A DNA stretch of 63,708 nucleotides, filler included, from Aduncisulcus paluster (taxonomy: Eukaryota): NCBI GenBank assembly GCA_024181965.1. It is 4 parts of 4 records of this genome, joined end to end, with 100 filler letters (N's around TTAATTAATTAA, not from the genome) between each part and the next. Parts side by side here need not be neighbours in the genome. Positions count along the whole stretch, not along the records: positions 50,320 to 63,708 come from BQXS01011371.1; 3 more parts are not named here. One strand, 5' to 3'. The translations under genes were made by a program, and so were the position numbers. This document shows, in pieces, positions 59,893 to 63,708 of the stretch (positions within the stretch are counted from its first letter, which is position 1; each line of letters starts with the position of its first letter). Under the pieces are notes generated by a model. The model was not told where the DNA came from. It saw only the letters and a list, made by a program, of their open reading frames with translations, and made no database searches.

Positions 59893-61660
59893 ATGACCAT
59901 CCTTATCAAGAATATTTGCGCTGAGGTTAATTCCGTTGAATTGTTCCTTATTTTTTGCGTCTACGGACGTGTATTATCTGTTACGAAGAAACCCAAGTCG
60001 TCCTTTGCTTTCGTCGACTTTGAAACCGAGCGTGCTGAATCCCAAGCTCTCCTTGAACTCGGTGCGGGCTTTTTCTTTAAAGGTGCTGAAATTCGAGTTG
60101 AACTTTCCAAATATGCTATTGTTCGCGCCCATTGTAATTTTCATTCCTCTACTCTTGGCCCAGAAATGATGCGGGCTCCTCTTGTAGACTATAAGAAGAA
60201 TATTGAGTGCTTGATGAAGTTTTCCCAGAAATACATCACCGATTTTACCGATTGGTATCGCCCCACTCGCCGTGATAGAGATTATCTTGACTCTTCCGAC
60301 GAAAAGCTCTCTCCTACCTTGATTTTTTACCCTCCTGTTCATCTCCGTGGTGAAATCATCGAACTTGTCTCCTCAAATCCTTCATTGTTTCCAGTTATTC
60401 CTGATTTTGTTCTCGAAAAGTTTTTCTCCCAAGGCCCCTCTCAAAGTCAAAGTTCGACTATTTCGTCAGATCAATCCATTTCTCTCTCTTCTTCTTCTTC
60501 TCTTTCCTCTTCTTCTTCTCTTTCCTCTTCTTCTTCTCTTTCCTCTTCTTCTTCTTCTCTCTCCTCCTCCCTGTCTTCCTCTGGTCTCGCTTCCTCTGGT
60601 CTCACTGTGTCCATTTGTGATGAGTGCGACTCGAGTATATGTGAGTTGTCCGTCTCTATTTCTTCTGAGGAATACGAGCACTCCTCTGTTCCAACTCCTT
60701 CCTATGTGCTTCCCGAACTCCCACCTATGATCTCCCCTTGGAAATATATTGCCATGGTCATAGTTTATGGTGGTTCCATTCTAAGGAGAAACATCAAGAC
60801 ACATTTGCTTGCTGAGAGATGTGCTCCTATTCAGCAGCTCGAAGAAAAACGTTCTGCAGACAAAGAGTACGTCCATAGCTTCAAGTCTGGATCAGAGAAG
60901 GTTGGAGCTTGTTCTNNNNNNNNNNNNNNNNNNNNCCTCCCTGTCTTCCTCTGGTCTCGCTTCCTCTGGTCTCACTGTGTCCATTTGTGATGAGTGCGAC
61001 TCGAGTATATGTGAGTTGTCCGTCTCTATTTCTTCTGAGGAATACGAGCACTCCTCTGTTCCAACTCCTTCCTATGTGCTTCCCGAACTCCCACCTATGA
61101 TCTCCCCTTGGAAATATATTGCCATGGTCATAGTTTATGGTGGTTCCATTCTAAGGAGAAACATCAAGACACATTTGCTTGCTGAGAGATGTGCTCCTAT
61201 TCAGCAGCTCGAAGAAAAACGTTCTGCAGACAAAGAGTACGTCCATAGCTTCAAGTCTGGATCAGAGAAGGTTGGAGCTTGTTCTCGATCATTGACAATG
61301 CGACGTAAGCTCCTTTTCAAAGGGGTCCAGTGTCTCAGCCCATCACTAATTCAGAAGAAAGCCTCAGGTGATGTGTCTTCTTCTGGCTGTAGTGAATTCA
61401 TGACCTTACCAAGAAGAGCCCACATGCCAACGCTCATCCAAAGCGCCATCGCCCAGTCTTTACTTCATAGAGATATCGAGTATGTCTGCTGTGGCCATGA
61501 AAAACGTGGGTTTGAACCCTCTGAAGACATTCGTTCAACTGGGAGTAAGATAACCGTGAAGAAAAACTCCAAGAGAAGCAAGAGAAGTCACAGAAGGTTG
61601 AAGAAGAAATGTCCAACTTCTTCAACGAGTAGATTTGTTCTCTGTGAGACAATTGCTTGA
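59893..61660 (+). CDS. RRM-containing Ser-rich protein, split by a gap duplication
   Basis: N-terminal RRM (ILIKNI..., FAFVDF, IRVELSK); removing 370 bp (60566-60935) joins the ORFs. Confidence 0.8.
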
Positions 61661-62275
61661 AATTTTTGTTTAGTTTTGCTTTGTTCCTTATTCCATGGTT
61701 TCCCTGATAATTATTGTTATATATTTTTTTTATTTTTGGTTATTTTTGTTATTTTGTTTCTTCTTAGTATTTTTACGTTCCTTTTTGGGGAACTCTTCTA
61801 TCTTTTTTATTATTATTGTTTTATTTTTTGTTGTTGTATATTTTTCATATCTAATCTATGGTTGTTTCTAGTTATTTTTTATATTTTATTTTATGTTTTT
61901 TTCGAACTAACAAGAATTGGAGTTCAATATTCTTTCAATTCTAGCCTTTTCCCTGCCTTTATATGTATTGGATCATTTATTTGGTGATTCCCTAATTGTT
62001 ATTAAATTATAATAATTATTGATTTGACTAATTTTTTTATTGGTTTTTTGCCTAGATTTTTTTCTATCTTTTTTCGAAATATCATGAGTTTATTATTAGC
62101 CAATGGTCTTGACATTATATTCCCCCCCTTTGTCAGTTACAATTGGGTCATAACACATTAATTTTATTTTCCCCTTTTTTTTTTTTTTTTTTTTTTTGAA
62201 AACGATAATTTCAAAACATTTTTAAACACTTGGCGTCATCCTTTGATCATTTGGCATCCAAAAAAAAAAAAAAAA

Positions 62276-62467
62276 CTATATCTCTCTGCTGCTTGTTTGG
62301 CTTGACCCTGTCTCATTTCTTTCTATTTTCTTCATACTTTCCCTTCTAAATATCTCTTCAATTCTCTTATGCAGGAATATATCATTTAAATATGTTTCTC
62401 TTTGTTCTGATCTATCCATTTCTTCTCGAAACGCTGCAAGCTCATCTAATGAACCTGAAGCCATCAT
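62276..62467 (-). CDS. Possible small hypothetical protein (63 aa)
   Basis: ATG-initiated charged ORF within AT-rich flanks; no motif. Confidence 0.35.
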   Translation of the reverse strand: MMASGSLDELAAFREEMDRSEQRETYLNDIFLHKRIEEIFRRESMKKIERNETGSSQTSSREI

Positions 62468-62731
62468 AAATCTGAAATTGTTCAGGTTTTATATAAAATA
62501 CAAACGTGGTGCAAAATTTTTCTCTTTTTTCCTTTACAAATTCGCATTTTGCGCCTTTTTGTTTTCTATTTAAGTTTTAGGAAAACTTTTTCATCAATTT
62601 ACATTCTTCGTAATAAAGTAATTAATGAATTGTAATTTTTTGGTGAAATTGCGTTTCAATTCAACTGCAAATGCAATTTTTTTCTTCGATTTAGATTCTA
62701 TACATTTTTATAAAATTTAAAAATTACCTAG

Positions 62732-62804
62732 GCCAATATAGCACAATTGGTAGTGCGGTTCCCTCGTAAGGAGAAGGTTGAGAGTTCAAGTCTCTCTGTT
62801 GGCA
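62732..62804 (+). tRNA. tRNA-Thr(CGT)
   Basis: GCCAATA/TGTTGGC acceptor; D-arm GCAC..GTGC; anticodon loop CTCGTAA; T-arm GAGAG-TTCAAGT-CTCTC; followed by a T-run. Confidence 0.93.
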
Positions 62805-62815
62805 TATTTTTTACT

Positions 62816-62946
62816 GGCCCTGTGACGTAAGTCGAGTTGTAGTTTTATAAAGAGGTTATGTGGTACAATTTATTGATAAAAGTGTCAGCAGACCTTCGTA
62901 CGGAAGGTTCATAGCGAAGATAGAGGGTTCTCATCCTTCAGGCCCA
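62816..62946 (+). ncRNA. Candidate structured tRNA-like/Pol III RNA of unknown class
   Basis: GC-enriched island with terminal pairing GGCCCTG/CAGGCCC, A-box-like TGACGTAAGTCG, B-box-like GGTTCTCATCC, several hairpins and a T5 run downstream. Confidence 0.5.
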
Positions 62947-63151
62947 TGTTTTTAAAATTTTTTTTTTAAATTTTTTTTTTTTTGCGAATTTTTTAATTTT
63001 GATTGAAACGAATTCTTTACTAAAATCAACGTGTTTCCATAATTTTTCACATTGTGAAATAAAGCGAATAAAATAATAAATTTAACAACAAGGTAATTTA
63101 TAAATTGAAATATTTATTGAAAAATTAAATATCCAAGAAGAAGAATTAGAA

Positions 63152-63708
63152 ATGGGTTTTCAAATTTTTGACAACCAATTTCAATCTTTTGAAACAACAA
63201 TGAAAACAGAAAAGGAATATTTTAAAGAATTATTAGAATCAAAAGCGAGAAATGGTCAAAAGGTATGGTATTTATATGGAAAAGAGCACAAAATGAAAGG
63301 ATTGAAAAAAGAGGCTATTATTGAAACTGCTATTAATCAATTGATCCTTGATTTAGAAGTCCATAAAGATGACACATATTGTTATTGTTGTACAATGTGG
63401 ATTAAAACGCTTGATCTATCATTAATATCACACATAACATCCGAGTTACATATTCACAATTCCTCGCGGATTTTAAAAGATTTACTTCCGGAAAAGAGAA
63501 GATTTAGACGCTCTGTAATATTACAAAGCGCAAAATGCAATTTAACATTGAGTTCTGCAAGCAGATTTTTGTCAGTAGGAATTCAGAAACAGATCATTGC
63601 ATTACCAAGGCCAATCGAACTGGCAGCATCGACCCTATATAAAGAAGCGTGTCAAACTTTTATTGATGAGAATGAAAAAATCATTAAACATTATTTAAGG
63701 GCTCCTTT
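63152..63708 (+). CDS. Zinc-finger protein resembling the N-terminus of hAT-like/CGGBP1-related transposases; runs off the window end
   Basis: My translation is open to the window end: CYCCTMWIKTLDLSLISHITSELH (C2H2-type) followed by F...V....A.CNLTL...STLY....IK.YL. Confidence 0.6.
   Translation, partial: MGFQIFDNQFQSFETTMKTEKEYFKELLESKARNGQKVWYLYGKEHKMKGLKKEAIIETAINQLILDLEVHKDDTYCYCCTMWIKTLDLSLISHITSELHIHNSSRILKDLLPEKRRFRRSVILQSAKCNLTLSSASRFLSVGIQKQIIALPRPIELAASTLYKEACQTFIDENEKIIKHYLRAP

Noticed and set aside
60481-60570. TC-rich 21-bp periodic repeat as a CRISPR-like array
   Set aside because: No spacers; it encodes the poly-Ser tract of the RRM protein.
61676-61987. 103-aa Phe/Leu/Ile-rich ORF
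   Set aside because: Product of a T-rich non-coding tract; no ATG start.
62816-62946. Firm call as U2 snRNA, 5S rRNA, SRP RNA, tRNA-Sec or telomerase RNA
   Set aside because: Diagnostic motifs are absent or imperfect (no GTGTAGTA, no SRP helix-8 motif, no TCA anticodon loop, no CCCTAA template); left unclassified.
1-63708. Stop-codon reassignment (as in hexamitid diplomonads)
   Set aside because: Conserved genes read through under the standard code and end at TAA, TAG and TGA.

Overview
Gene-dense eukaryotic nuclear DNA (standard code, few short 5'-biased GTATGT introns, flagellar dynein), most consistent with a free-living fornicate/metamonad-type protist. The LRR and jelly-roll families resemble those I recall from Carpediemonas-like organisms such as Aduncisulcus; this assignment is inference. 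It is a draft assembly with three artificial 100-bp linkers (N44-TTAATTAATTAA-N44) and six 20-N gaps, each flanked by a directly duplicated 200-350 bp, which split several real genes. Coding content: a very large insertion-rich DNAH6-like inner-arm dynein heavy chain (1-18.2 kb, minus), a truncated kinase, FSH1/OVCA2 hydrolase, ARM-like protein, NudC, MoxR-lid protein, CARNMT1-like methyltransferase, RPB4-family subunit, MetAP2, histidine acid phosphatase, a near-TPR-less GT41/OGT-like protein, WD40 proteins, an LRR surface protein, tandem membrane paralogs, a DEAH helicase, a LAMMER kinase and an RRM protein. RNA genes: tRNA-Gly(TCC) and tRNA-Thr(CGT). Most notable: (1) a 187-bp 5'-truncated retroelement-like insertion with a perfect 34-bp target-site duplication, whose longer inverted copy lies at 21 kb; (2) a ~131-nt structured, tRNA-like candidate Pol III RNA right after tRNA-Thr, followed by a zinc-finger hAT/CGGBP1-like ORF running off the window; (3) degenerate OGT, acid phosphatase and MoxR-like proteins; (4) a long structured hairpin at 39.6 kb.
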